From positions 96,001 to 160,000 of the forward strand of contig JAUVNS010000002.1 in the NCBI GenBank assembly GCA_030599585.1: a stretch of 64,000 nt of DNA. Direction: 5' to 3'. The notes beneath the pieces were generated by a model. It ran no database searches. It worked only from the letters and a program-made list of their open reading frames with translations, and was not told where the DNA came from. This stretch comes from Promethearchaeota archaeon. GTDB lineage: Archaea > Asgardarchaeota > Lokiarchaeia > Sigyniarchaeales > SOKP01. Shown here piece by piece: positions 47,642-59,000 of this stretch; within the stretch, counting starts at the first letter, position 1, and each line of letters begins with the position of its first letter. The translations under genes and the position numbers were made by a program.

Positions 47642-47878
47642 GAAGTTATTTTTTTGAATTATAATTCATTCTAAAGATAAATAGAACTAATTATAGTGTT
47701 ATTAAATTATTAAACAATTTATATTTTTTATTGAGAGAATAATTGTGTGAATTTAAAGATATTTAGAATATTCTAAAATACAAATTAATAATTTATTTTC
47801 AAAAAATTAGTGTGAATTTTCATTCATTGCATTTCATCGTTCAGATTTCTATAAGATGAAGAGATTAGAAACTACCCT

Positions 47879-48475
47879 TTAAAGGGAAGCTAAGAAATCA
47901 GAAACAGCGGCGTCAGAAAGCTGTTCGTCTATTAAGGCATTATCAATTTCTTCTGAGAGGAGATCAAATTTGTATGAACATTTCTCTGCTCCAGTTAAAA
48001 CGCACTCTACTTCACTACCATCAACATCAATCCCTACTATATCAAAAATGCTATTAAAAATTCCAAGATATAATAAACATAAGTTTTTAGCCAAAATATT
48101 GCCTATTTCTTGGGTTGCTAAAGAATCGTACACATCTATGATAATGTGGTCTTTTTTAAACATCCCTGTGAGCCCACCGTACCCCATAAGCGTTAAAGCC
48201 TCGAGAGTTCCCAAGACAACTTCCTTCTTAGTCGCTAGTGTTTCATTACTCCAATCCTTGTTAGAAAAAAACTTCTCCAAAAATATTTTGCCAAGAGACT
48301 TCCCCACCCAAATCAAGATATCTTCAGCGTTGGTTCCAGCAAATTCGCAAAATTCCATTATTTCATTTGGACGTAGCATCACAAGTCGCATGTCTTTATT
48401 CTTTTCGCCCAAAAATAGTTGTCCTTCTTTTTCCTCTATATTTATCTGTAATTCTTTTTTGAGACGCTTAAACAT
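47879..48475 (-). CDS. V4R domain protein
   Basis: GYG...LC..Y.G.F......EVEC...G...CSY.F. Confidence 0.75.
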   Translation of the reverse strand: MFKRLKKELQINIEEKEGQLFLGEKNKDMRLVMLRPNEIMEFCEFAGTNAEDILIWVGKSLGKIFLEKFFSNKDWSNETLATKKEVVLGTLEALTLMGYGGLTGMFKKDHIIIDVYDSLATQEIGNILAKNLCLLYLGIFNSIFDIVGIDVDGSEVECVLTGAEKCSYKFDLLSEEIDNALIDEQLSDAAVSDFLASL

Positions 48476-48605
48476 GATAAATTCCTTTATTATTGTTATA
48501 TCTCTTAATTAGCAATACATTTAAACAAATTTATTATAATAGAAATTTAATCGGCTAGGCTTATAAATTTATTGATACACCAAAATTTGGATAGATTTTC
48601 TAAGT

Positions 48606-49637
48606 TTAGACTAATGTAAAAATCGTGTTTACTACTTTTTCAATATTATAGCTAGTTTTAACGGAGGTAAAAACAAATTCCCAATTGTTATGCTGTAAAC
48701 TATCAAATTCAAAAAAGTCAATAATTTCTTTTTCTGTTCTTTTTAATTGTTCATCGTTATTGCTATTGTTATGATTAATTAGATCAATCTTGTTACCTAA
48801 AATAAGAAGCGAGACGCCCTTAAATTCATTTTGGTTAAATAATTTCCAAAATTCTGTCTTTGATTCTTCAAACCGTAATTGATTGGCAACATCAATCATA
48901 AACACTAATATATTCGAATCCTGAAGCCCTCGGAGCCATCTGTCTCGAAAAAAAGCTTGCCCTGGGACCGTCCATATCGAAAAAAGACCATTTTTTCTCT
49001 GGATATACTCAATGTTAAATCTTTTACTAGGTGTAAAAAAATTATCGTTAAACTTTCCTGTTTTAATTCTCCTTGTAAAGCTAGATTTACCCACTTCGTC
49101 TATCCCAAAAAGGAAAACCTTTGTAAATAATCCAGAGGGATGAAAGGAAACATCATGAGCTTTTTCAAGAGTTTCGTCCCCAAATCTTTTTATATCAATA
49201 AACAATGTAATTAAGAAATTTTCTATTGCAATATCGTCTTTAAACGAGCAACATTTTTCAATATTTAATAGTTCGTTAGACATGTCAACAAAAATTTCTC
49301 TGTAATCGTAAGGATTATCTTCTTTTTCAAATACTAATCCGATAAGCAATTCACCATTAATGCATATAGTATAGAGGTTCTGGTCTCCAATCAATTGAGA
49401 AACGGGATTACCTATTACAAACGGATGAGAAGTAGTTTGCGTAGACTTTACTACGTGTTCTGATTTGAGATTATCACAACAATTATTTTCTAGGGATTCT
49501 TGATCATGTCCTTGGATGATTTTTAACACTATATCTTTATTATCCTTCTTGTCTATATCTTCAGGATAGCTATAGATATCAAGATTGGTTAAATCATTAG
49601 ATTTTTTGCGCTTTAATAAAAATATTTTAGATAACAC
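48606..49637 (-). CDS. Arf/Rag-like small GTPase with N-terminal longin/uDENN-like domain; atypical G3
   Basis: GIDEVGKS, WTVPGQ (G3 Asp absent), FMIDVANQ.RFEE, GNKID and TSVK. N-terminal LLIGLVFEKEDNPYDY. Confidence 0.75.
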   Translation of the reverse strand: MLSKIFLLKRKKSNDLTNLDIYSYPEDIDKKDNKDIVLKIIQGHDQESLENNCCDNLKSEHVVKSTQTTSHPFVIGNPVSQLIGDQNLYTICINGELLIGLVFEKEDNPYDYREIFVDMSNELLNIEKCCSFKDDIAIENFLITLFIDIKRFGDETLEKAHDVSFHPSGLFTKVFLFGIDEVGKSSFTRRIKTGKFNDNFFTPSKRFNIEYIQRKNGLFSIWTVPGQAFFRDRWLRGLQDSNILVFMIDVANQLRFEESKTEFWKLFNQNEFKGVSLLILGNKIDLINHNNSNNDEQLKRTEKEIIDFFEFDSLQHNNWEFVFTSVKTSYNIEKVVNTIFTLV

Positions 49638-49803
49638 AGAATTTTCCTAATCATTTATTCCCTTAAGGAAGTAAATAAAAAATGCTTAAAAAAAGTTTGG
49701 AATTAGCAGATGTTCTTTCTAATAAACTTTATGCTATTGACTCCTTAATAAGCAAAAAGTAGAAGCGCACCTAGTGCAAAAATAAACTTTAGAAAATAAT
49801 TTT

Positions 49804-51234
49804 TTAAGGATCGTTATTTTCTTCAGAAGAATCGGCTTCTTGTTCGGGATCGTCAGTTTGACCATCTTCAGATGGTTCAATTGGTTCTTTTTTTTCTTCC
49901 TGTGAAGGTTCGTCTGTTCCACTTTCAGGGGGTTCTTTTGACACAGGAGTCTCACACACCGGGCATTTTGACCAACCAGGTCTTAAACTATATCCACAAC
50001 TCGAGCATTCGAGCATATCTTGATCGGGTTTCCACTCGGGAATATTTAATCCCCCTCTTCTTCTTTTCTCTGCCAACTCCTGCAAGTCATCTTCTTTCCA
50101 TACTTCCATTCCCGCAGGGATTCCCGAACCGCGCTCTTTAGCTAATTTTTGCAGGTCTTCTTCGTTCCATGCAGGAAGGTTTGGTTGTGCAGCTAACCTT
50201 TTTTGAGCCTCGCTGGCGAGCTCTTCAGCAGTCCAACTTTTTAATTCTTGACCCCCCGGAGTTCTAACCCCTCCAATTGAAGGTCCAGATACCTGTCCTC
50301 TGGAGATAGGCTGTTGTGGCGCTGGTGAAGGAATCTGACAAGATGCAGCAGACAATTTTAATAAAGCTTCAAAACAATTTCCGAACCGAGGTTGGCCTTT
50401 ACCTTCATCAGAAATAAGGACGATACTTTTTTTTTCGGAAGGAAGAGGAATTATAATACCACAAACAGCAGTGTCTGATTTACCTCTCTCTGCTTCTATA
50501 GAAGTCGTAATTTTTCCCATAGAGCTATTTAAATCATCATCTTTCATTAAAAAATCGCAAATTGGGTCGCCATGTCTTTGAAATTCCTCGTGATACTTCG
50601 ATAATTGATTTTTAGTAATAGTAGAATCTAATGAATTAATTATAGCGCTTATATAGGGGAAAATGTGAGATTTAGGTTCTTTCTGTGATTCATCTAGTTT
50701 ATATCCCCTTAGATCAATGGTTCCCGTAAAAGGAGCGAACAATGGTTCTTGACCTTTAATTTTCCCATATACTGTTGTCCTCCCAACAAAACATTTTATC
50801 TCCCCATAATACGCAATAGCATTATCCATTAGTTGAACTTTGTCATGATAAGATATTCGAGGAATAGTGCGAAAAATTACATTCACCCAAGGAAGTTCTT
50901 TTACAGGAATAATGACGACACAAGTCTTAATAATTAATTCTGATAATTTTTTAAGATATTCCTTTAGTCTCTTTTTTATTTCTTTATATTTGTCTTTTTC
51001 TAATTCCGTCTCAGCCTTTTTCGTAAACTCTTTGAACTTGTCTTCATTCTTTTTTACAGAACCACCATACGATTTTAAATCTCCTACGATATTATCCTTT
51101 AAAATGAAAGTAGCATCTTTGACGATATCATTTTGTAGTTCTGTAAGCTCTTCTACTAAATAATCACTTACATCAAAATCCAAGCTGTTTATAAAGATTT
51201 GAAACAATTTCTCTTCAGACAATTTTAAAACCAT
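49804..51234 (-). CDS. Hypothetical protein with Trp-containing tandem repeats, zinc ribbon and acidic tail
   Basis: Three W.x[ED][ED]L...A..R repeats plus a partial fourth, CSSC...CPVC, and an acidic disordered C-terminus. Confidence 0.7.
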   Translation of the reverse strand: MVLKLSEEKLFQIFINSLDFDVSDYLVEELTELQNDIVKDATFILKDNIVGDLKSYGGSVKKNEDKFKEFTKKAETELEKDKYKEIKKRLKEYLKKLSELIIKTCVVIIPVKELPWVNVIFRTIPRISYHDKVQLMDNAIAYYGEIKCFVGRTTVYGKIKGQEPLFAPFTGTIDLRGYKLDESQKEPKSHIFPYISAIINSLDSTITKNQLSKYHEEFQRHGDPICDFLMKDDDLNSSMGKITTSIEAERGKSDTAVCGIIIPLPSEKKSIVLISDEGKGQPRFGNCFEALLKLSAASCQIPSPAPQQPISRGQVSGPSIGGVRTPGGQELKSWTAEELASEAQKRLAAQPNLPAWNEEDLQKLAKERGSGIPAGMEVWKEDDLQELAEKRRRGGLNIPEWKPDQDMLECSSCGYSLRPGWSKCPVCETPVSKEPPESGTDEPSQEEKKEPIEPSEDGQTDDPEQEADSSEENNDP

Positions 51235-51358
51235 CCTATTCAGATTTAATAATCCTATAATTATAGGAACGAATTGAATATAAAAATTTATTTAAAACAC
51301 AATCAATTCACTATTAGATATTGATGTGTAATATTTTTAAAAGAGATGTAATGAGAAA

Positions 51359-52384
51359 GTGAATAGTAAGAAAACAATAGTCTGTTTTAGCTCTAAAGTT
51401 TCTATTGAAGTCCAAAATCATCTAAAAGAAAATTTAAAATCGCTTTCAAATGTAATACTTATGTTTCCAGAAGATACATCGGATGATTATCTAAAAAACA
51501 TAGTTTCGGAGGTAGATGTCCTAATCGGATGGAGGCCGTCTAAAATTTTATTAGAATCCGGAAAAAATTTGAAGGTATTTATTAATCCAGGAGCAGGTGT
51601 TAACCATCTGTTAGACTTATTTATTGAATTAAATAGATCGAGAAAAGTCACCTTAATTAACGGGCATGGAAATTCCTACTTTGTGGCTCAACATGCTGTC
51701 GCATTGCTTCTAACTCTTACCAATAAAACAATACCACATCACATTTGGTTGAAAGAAGGAAAATGGAGGACTGGCGATCAAGATGCTGCTTCAATTCCGT
51801 TGCGTTTTCGTGAAGTTGGGTTGCTAGGTTATGGTGCAATTAATAAAAGGGTTCATCAATTTCTTGCTGGTTTTGACATAAAGTTTCATATTCTAAGAAA
51901 AAATTGGAATAAACAACATGATAAATTACCGACAGAAGCAAAGAAATATAGTATTGCTGAGTTAGATGCTTTTTTAAAAGATATAGATGTTTTAATGATA
52001 GCTGTCCCCCACACTTCACTAACTTCGGAGATGATTAAAATTAGAGAGCTTACTCTATTAGGACCTAAAGGACTGATTATCAATGTTGCAAGAGGAGATA
52101 TAATAAATCAAGAAGATTTATACCACGCTTTAAAAAATAAGACAATTTTGGGAGCAGCTATAGATGTCTGGTATGATTATCACCCCAAAGTTAGCAAGGA
52201 AGGATTAAAATATCCGTACGAATTTCCCTTTCATAACCTCGATAACATTGTTTTATCACCTCATAGAGGCTATTCCCCTTTTAATGATCTCTTAAGATGG
52301 AATGAAGTTATCGAAAATATTAATCGAATAAGTCAAGGTCGAAATGATTTAATCAATATTGTTAATCTTAAAGAAGAATACTAA
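51359..52384 (+). CDS. D-isomer-specific 2-hydroxyacid dehydrogenase
   Basis: GAGVNH, VAQHA, GYGAI, NVARG, AAIDVW and SPH. Confidence 0.9.
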   Translation: MNSKKTIVCFSSKVSIEVQNHLKENLKSLSNVILMFPEDTSDDYLKNIVSEVDVLIGWRPSKILLESGKNLKVFINPGAGVNHLLDLFIELNRSRKVTLINGHGNSYFVAQHAVALLLTLTNKTIPHHIWLKEGKWRTGDQDAASIPLRFREVGLLGYGAINKRVHQFLAGFDIKFHILRKNWNKQHDKLPTEAKKYSIAELDAFLKDIDVLMIAVPHTSLTSEMIKIRELTLLGPKGLIINVARGDIINQEDLYHALKNKTILGAAIDVWYDYHPKVSKEGLKYPYEFPFHNLDNIVLSPHRGYSPFNDLLRWNEVIENINRISQGRNDLINIVNLKEEY

Positions 52385-52933
52385 TAGTAGAATTAAAAAT
52401 ATGTCAAAAAAAGGTGACAGTTTTTTTTACACTATTAGAAAACCATAGTTCAATAATATTTCGAATTTTTAGAGAACAAGGGAGATATTATTGGAGAATA
52501 AATAATCACTAGTAATTGATTAAAAAAATGTGTGCATTTCTAATACAGATTTATAATATAAATAAAAATTTATTAAGTTCTGATAATTTCAGAATTTTCT
52601 TGCGAAAAAGAGGATATATAATTTTTTTTTACGAATTTAATAAGTTGACATTAATTGTATTCTAATTTGAATAAAAAATGAAATTAATTCAAATAGAATA
52701 AAAATTTTTCAAAAATATTTTCAATTATTACCTTAAAATGATGGTCTTTAACTTTGGCGTAACATATAGGACCAGAATAAGATAATGGGATAAGATTTAT
52801 ACTAAATTATAAAATTGGAAAAATATTTTTTATAAAAATATATTAACCCACTAAAAAAAAATGTTTAAATAGTATTTTGTAATAAATAATTATATAACGA
52901 ATAATCAGAAAAAAATATGGTTAAGGCGATTTC

Positions 52934-53224
52934 ATGAAAATTGTTACTGTAAATGTACCTGAAAGTTATATAGAGGCAATAAAAAAATTAATTGGGCGAG
53001 ACGGATTGTACCCTAGTCGATCAGAATTGATAAGATGTGCTGTTAGAGAGTTTTTAATAAAAGAACTTAAGCTTGCTAATAATATGGCAAAATATAATGA
53101 AGTAGAAATCGAGGATTTTGACGATAAAAATTTTGTAAGAGTACCAATAGAAACTGTAAATGAAAAATCTGAACCAGTTCGGGAATTTAGAACTTATAAA
53201 ATTTTAAAGAGGTTGGAACACTAA
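52934..53224 (+). CDS. CopG/NikR-type ribbon-helix-helix transcription regulator
   Basis: MKIVTVNVPESY...L...G.YPSRSELIR.AVREFL. Confidence 0.88.
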   Translation: MKIVTVNVPESYIEAIKKLIGRDGLYPSRSELIRCAVREFLIKELKLANNMAKYNEVEIEDFDDKNFVRVPIETVNEKSEPVREFRTYKILKRLEH

Positions 53225-53576
53225 AAAATAAAATCATTTAATTATATACGATTTTTCTAACAAGGAATGGCAAACTTTTGCTTTTTTCTATTTTTCTTTT
53301 TTTTATGTTATTTGAAGTGTGCGTAAATGAATAATATTTTATTCACTACACTATTGTATAAATGAACAAAATTCTGTTTTTTTGCCTTATACTAGGTAAA
53401 ATTTTCATTTAACCTAGAAGTTATTCTAAGTATTATACAATCTTAATCTCAACTATATAAAACTCATTTTTTAAAGTGTTTAAGTTAAATTTTTAAGAGA
53501 AGCAAATTCTAATAATGATATTACTAATAGTAAAGGGTGTAATAATATTTCGAGCAAAAGAATATTTCCCGATTTT

Positions 53577-54812
53577 ATGGAGTGGGGTATCATCTCAACT
53601 AAAAACTTTGCTGGAAAAACAACATACGATGTTCCAATTAAAAGATGGGACCCGTTATCAACTGTGACTATAAGAACTGAAGATTTTGGCCTAAGAAAAG
53701 AAAAAATTAAATTTTATGGTCATTACGCTTATATTAGCCCCGTTCGTGGCCAAAGGCCAAAAGGTTTTACAACAATTGAAGAAAAAAGACAGTTTTACGA
53801 TTGTTCAAAGAAAAGTGCGCTCAAACATAAAGATATTTTTACTTCGATTACAGAAGGAAGGGTAATTCATGATGACTGGGGAAAACAGTTAGGTGATGGT
53901 TTTACGATTATTATTACAGAAGATGAGAAAAGAAAAGACAATCCCTTTTTAGAAATGCCACATCCAGCCCAGAGAATACCAAACGATTGTAAAGCTTTAA
54001 CCCTAATTAACAGATATCCGTCTATGGCTCGAATTGTTGATCCTGAAATTGAAAAAGTAATTACAGATAAATTACCTTTACATTTGAAACTCTCGAGGGG
54101 AATAAATTTAGTTACGATATCTAGAGATTTCTACCCCTCCTTGTGCTTTAATTTAATACCTGAAGATGTCTTAGCCGGAATTTTTCTTTCAATGAAAGCA
54201 GCAATTCTTTATTGTGTGGAAGAAGCTATCGAAAGGGATTATTACGATATTCCAGTAACACCATTCTTTAACATAGGCATTAAAGTTGGCGGCTCGCAAC
54301 CTCGTATACACGGTCAAGTCTTTATTGATTTGAATATGGACGGTCACGGAAGCCGATTAGAAGGTCATCTTGAAGCTTTTAAAGAAATGGGGGACACATG
54401 TCATCTATGTCAGACTTCTCATGGAGATAGCGATCGTGTAATATTAAAAACTGAATATTGGACTTTTTATACCACGGGAAGCCCAGTAAGGAACTATCAT
54501 ATTCGTTTTCATCCAAATGAACATTTACGAAGGTTTTCTCAATTAAAAGTCAACCAATTAAGTGATTTAGCAAAAATCCTTAGGATCATCTTTCAAGGTT
54601 TAGATGATATTTCTATCGATAAAAACCGAAATATTCTCTTTAACTGTTGTCCCTTTCACTATGACGCAAATTTTCATCTTTTTGGCGATATTATCCCGCA
54701 TGAAATTATTGGGGGCGCTGAAATGGTAGATGACATGAGAGTTGCAAGGAAATTACCCCATATCGCCGCAAAGGAGATAAGGGATTCGATTCAAAAATAT
54801 ATTACTTATTGA
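53577..54812 (+). CDS. GalT / HIT-family nucleotidyltransferase-like protein
   Basis: R..RP, NRYP, FFN.G..VGGSQPRIHGQ (the GalT HPHxQ region) and CHLC. Confidence 0.65.
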   Translation: MEWGIISTKNFAGKTTYDVPIKRWDPLSTVTIRTEDFGLRKEKIKFYGHYAYISPVRGQRPKGFTTIEEKRQFYDCSKKSALKHKDIFTSITEGRVIHDDWGKQLGDGFTIIITEDEKRKDNPFLEMPHPAQRIPNDCKALTLINRYPSMARIVDPEIEKVITDKLPLHLKLSRGINLVTISRDFYPSLCFNLIPEDVLAGIFLSMKAAILYCVEEAIERDYYDIPVTPFFNIGIKVGGSQPRIHGQVFIDLNMDGHGSRLEGHLEAFKEMGDTCHLCQTSHGDSDRVILKTEYWTFYTTGSPVRNYHIRFHPNEHLRRFSQLKVNQLSDLAKILRIIFQGLDDISIDKNRNILFNCCPFHYDANFHLFGDIIPHEIIGGAEMVDDMRVARKLPHIAAKEIRDSIQKYITY

Positions 54813-54879
54813 AAGTGGTAATAGATTTATATCTATTATTCACCATATAAATAATTAAAAAAAAATTGAGAGGTTCAAT

Positions 54880-56028
54880 TTGAAAGAATGGTCTGCCATA
54901 ATACTTGCTGGAGGAAGAGGAAAAAGACTCTTACCTTTAACTTCGCTTATCCCCAAGCCATTAGTGAAGGTAACAAATAAACCAATGGTAGATTATTCAA
55001 TAGCTCACCTTATTTACGCAAACATCAAGCATATTGTTCTTGCACTAGCTTATATGGGTAAGGAATTAAAAGAATACATAGAAAAAACTTGGACCCCCGA
55101 TAGATTAGGCGATGTTGAGTTAGAATGTATTATTCAAGAGAGTAAAGGAACCGCAGATGCGTATCGATTATTAGCCGATAAAATTGATTCTGACAACATT
55201 GTTGTAAGTATGGCAGATATCGTTACTAACCTCCCAATGAAGAGTTTTATGGATTTTCACTTGGAGAAAGGTGGAATAAGTACTATTTCTATGAAAACCA
55301 GCGAAAGTCATACGAGCCAGTATGGTGTTGTTCTACTAGATAATAATAGGAAAATTTACTTATTTTTAGAAAAACCGGCTCCTATGGAGTTGTATTTAAG
55401 CAGCATGGCTCAAAGAACAGATTTGTTTTTACACACAAACATAATTAATACCGGAATCTATTGTTTTAAAAAAGAGATTGCTGGAATGTTACAAGAGACA
55501 GGATTAATGGATTTTGGGAGCGAAGTTTTCCCATATCTCCTTGAAAATTCCTATGATCTCTTTGGGTTTGTGAAGAATTATTATTGGTTAGATTGTGGTA
55601 ATTCCCAAACTTATTTGTGGGCAAATTGGGACTTATTACGAAAATATTCTTGGCCGATTACACCGAATGGTGAAGAATATGATGGAGTTTTTGTTATGGG
55701 AATAATTGATTCAGGACAAAATGCTAAAATTGAAAAACCTACTTGTTTTGGGAAAAATGTTGAACTTCTTAATAGAGCAAAAATAAAACCGTTAACTTCC
55801 ATAGGAAATCGTGTTAAAGTAGGGGAAGATACAATTATTGAGAAGAGTGTAATATGGGACGATGTAAAAATTGGTGCAGGGTGCCGAATAGACGAGTCTA
55901 TTGTATGTAACAATTGCGACATAGGTGATAATGTAGTCCTACATAATGCAATTGTAGCACCAAATAGCCGAATTAGTAGCGACACCCAGATAAGAGACAA
56001 AACTCTTGATTTGGGTACTGATATCTAA
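54880..56028 (+). CDS. Sugar-1-phosphate nucleotidyltransferase (NDP-sugar pyrophosphorylase) with LbH domain
   Basis: ILAGGRGKRLLPLT..IPKPL, GTAD, YGVV, FLEKP, NTGIY, YWLDCG and hexapeptide repeats. Confidence 0.9.
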   Translation: MKEWSAIILAGGRGKRLLPLTSLIPKPLVKVTNKPMVDYSIAHLIYANIKHIVLALAYMGKELKEYIEKTWTPDRLGDVELECIIQESKGTADAYRLLADKIDSDNIVVSMADIVTNLPMKSFMDFHLEKGGISTISMKTSESHTSQYGVVLLDNNRKIYLFLEKPAPMELYLSSMAQRTDLFLHTNIINTGIYCFKKEIAGMLQETGLMDFGSEVFPYLLENSYDLFGFVKNYYWLDCGNSQTYLWANWDLLRKYSWPITPNGEEYDGVFVMGIIDSGQNAKIEKPTCFGKNVELLNRAKIKPLTSIGNRVKVGEDTIIEKSVIWDDVKIGAGCRIDESIVCNNCDIGDNVVLHNAIVAPNSRISSDTQIRDKTLDLGTDI

Positions 56029-56044
56029 GCTCTAAAAAAAGGTC

Positions 56045-59000
56045 TTAAGTTTGAGAATAATTATGCAAATCATCTAATAACTTAACAACCTGGAAGTTAG
56101 TGGTTTTTGAAACTTTTTTGATCATTAGATAATAATCTAATAACTTCTTTAATTCCTCATCTGTATCCTCTATTGATTTAACGAGTAATTCAATAATAGC
56201 AATTACCCACATCCATTTAATAAAATTATCAAATAATTCAGCATTATACCATAGAAGCTGTTGAAATCGGTTTACCTTTAAATATTGTTGTACTTCGGGA
56301 TCGCTAAAAAACATTTGGAAAACGGAATACAAATCCTTTTTGCCATTTATAACTAAATTAGACCAATCTTGTAAACCTATCATTAACTTAATAATTGAAT
56401 CGACTTCTAATCTCTCATCCTTTTTATCTTTGCCCAAATCATTCAATGTTTTGTTAATATACTTAGAGAGCCGCCATTCATCAAATAAACTTCGACTTAG
56501 GAACTTATAATTATCATTGGATTCAAATCGCCCTAATTGGTGAACTATAAGATACGAAAATATTATCCCCCATTCAACTTCAGAAGATGGAAGTAAGTTG
56601 ATAAAAATATCTTTATATTCCTCTGGAATTCTCAGTTCTCCTACATTATGTCTTAATTTAAGTATTACTTTACTTCTCAATATGATGTCATTCTTGATAT
56701 CCGTATAATCCTTTTGACTTGATGAATACTTTTTTACTTCAAGTAAAAATGCATCTAGATTATTGTAAATCAATTCCGCTTCTTTTTTTACTTTATTTGG
56801 ATTTAGTAGATATTTTAATGAGCTCGTATTGATTAAAATCTTAAAAGATTCATGCAAGGGTTGATATACTAGTTCGTGTAGAGTTTCATGCATGTTAGGG
56901 ACACCCCTACCATTTAAAAGATCATGAAGCTGGGCATAATGGAAAAACTCATTATCGTTGATAATTTGAAAGTCCATAAACAAGAACTTTTGATATGCAT
57001 GGAGTTCAATATATAAACCATCATCATGGAGTTCCTTATTCCGTCTTATGTATTCCAATCCAGTTATAGAATCTTTAAAGATACAATATCCCTCCACAGG
57101 TAATTTTAAACCCTCTGCTAAGGTTATCTGGATTATCTGTTTATTATCGTCTACTTTTTGCGCAATTCCAACTGAATTTTTGATATAGCCGTTTACTTCA
57201 GCGTATTTATTATGAAAAATTATTAATGCACGTTCATTATTAACCCGATTAGAATACGCAAATACATCTTCGTTAACAACACTACCGGTCCAAAAGTCAT
57301 ACAGCAAAAAATTAGTAACATTAGCATAAAGATATCGTTTCTTCATAATCGGGAATAAAATTTCCTTATGGTGCTCAAGTAAACCTAAATTGATCCCTTC
57401 ATCCCAGTAAGCGCGTCTGTATTCCATACCATACTTTTCTTTATATCCCTCGATTTGCCCATGGCCAAACATTGGAAGTCCTGGCATGGTTACCAACATT
57501 ACGCAAACACCAAAGTATTTATCTCCATCACCAAATTGCTTTATAGCAGTTTCCTCATCTGGATTACTCATAAAATTTACGAATCTTTTAAGTATTTCCG
57601 GATCGAATTGGAGTGTATTTTTTAATACTAAACGATACATAGCGTTATCTTCGTCCCTAAGCATATTCATAAAGGCGGAATTATATACACGGTGCATCCC
57701 TAATGTTCTCACAAAAAATCCTTCAAGCAACCAGAATGCCTCTGCCAGTAATAACGTGTCTGGGTTTTCCTTATTAATTCTGTCAACAACTTCTCGCCAA
57801 AACTCTGATGGCATCGCCTTATAAAACTCATCTTTGGAAATTCCTTGCTCCGCTCTTGAAGGAATAGCACCTCCAGTTCCAGGTTCTGGAAACCATAATC
57901 TTTGGTAATGTTTTCTCGTGAGGGTCATGGCGGCATCAAACCGAATAATAGGGAACATTTTAGAAATGTGCAAAATAGTCTGAATAACTGCTTCTCGAAC
58001 TTCTGGATTTAAAAAATCTAATTGCGCTGTATCATTCCATGGAAAACTAGTACCGTCATTTCCATGATAAACATACTTGATTTCACCAGTACGAAAATTT
58101 ACGTGTTTAAATGTAACGGCGGCATCGGTTCTAGTAAAATATTTATCTTCTATATATATACCTACATTAGGATCTCCAGATAAGTTCTCACCTGAAAAAC
58201 TGTAGGATGGAAACGGAGAATATGGTAGAGAAATATACCAATCGGGATGTTCTAGTACCCATTTTGAAACAATTCCAGTGTGATTAGGCACCATATCACA
58301 GGCGAGACGAATTCCTCTCTCTTTAGCCCTATTTTTTAAATTGTCATAAGAATCGTAACCTCCTAAATCATGCGCGATGACATAATCGTAAGTTGAATAA
58401 GCACTTGCTTCTGCTTCGGGATTACCACACCATCTTTTAATCGTTTTGGACGCTTGACTTCTTTCCCATAATCCAATAAGCCAAAGACCGGTAAAACCCC
58501 ATTCTTTCAGTTGAGTTAATTCTTCATTGGGAATATCATGTAATTTGGTAATTGTTCTCTCGTACTTTTTCGAAAGCTGATCCATCCACACGTAAATATT
58601 TTTGGCGATCATGATTACCTTTGGCATCCATTCTTTATCGATAGTATAATTTTCTATTTCCAAAGAATCATATTCATAAGCTTCTGAATCTCCAGGACCT
58701 AGTCCTCTTAACATCTCTTCTTCTCTTATAATATCAAGAGCGATTAAGATTTGGAATGTATACTTTCCTAATATTGACCCCCAACTGTCATGGATATGCG
58801 TTAATTGTTCTCGAATTGAATGTGGATATTTTTCTATCGGTTCTTTCAACATTTCAATTAAGTTTTGATTATTAGGTCCAAATTTAGTTTGTTCTTCAAA
58901 AAAATTAGAGATCTCATCAACTATTTCCCTATAAGCTGTCCGTTTTTCAAGCGATTCATCGTCAAATAACTCGATAAAAGGAGAATAGGAGGGATTCATA

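Noticed and set aside
52385-52933. Long, very AT-rich intergenic region as a replication origin or ncRNA
   Set aside because: No ORB-like repeats, no adjacent cdc6/orc1 and no GC-rich structured segment. It is more simply the promoter region of the RHH gene.
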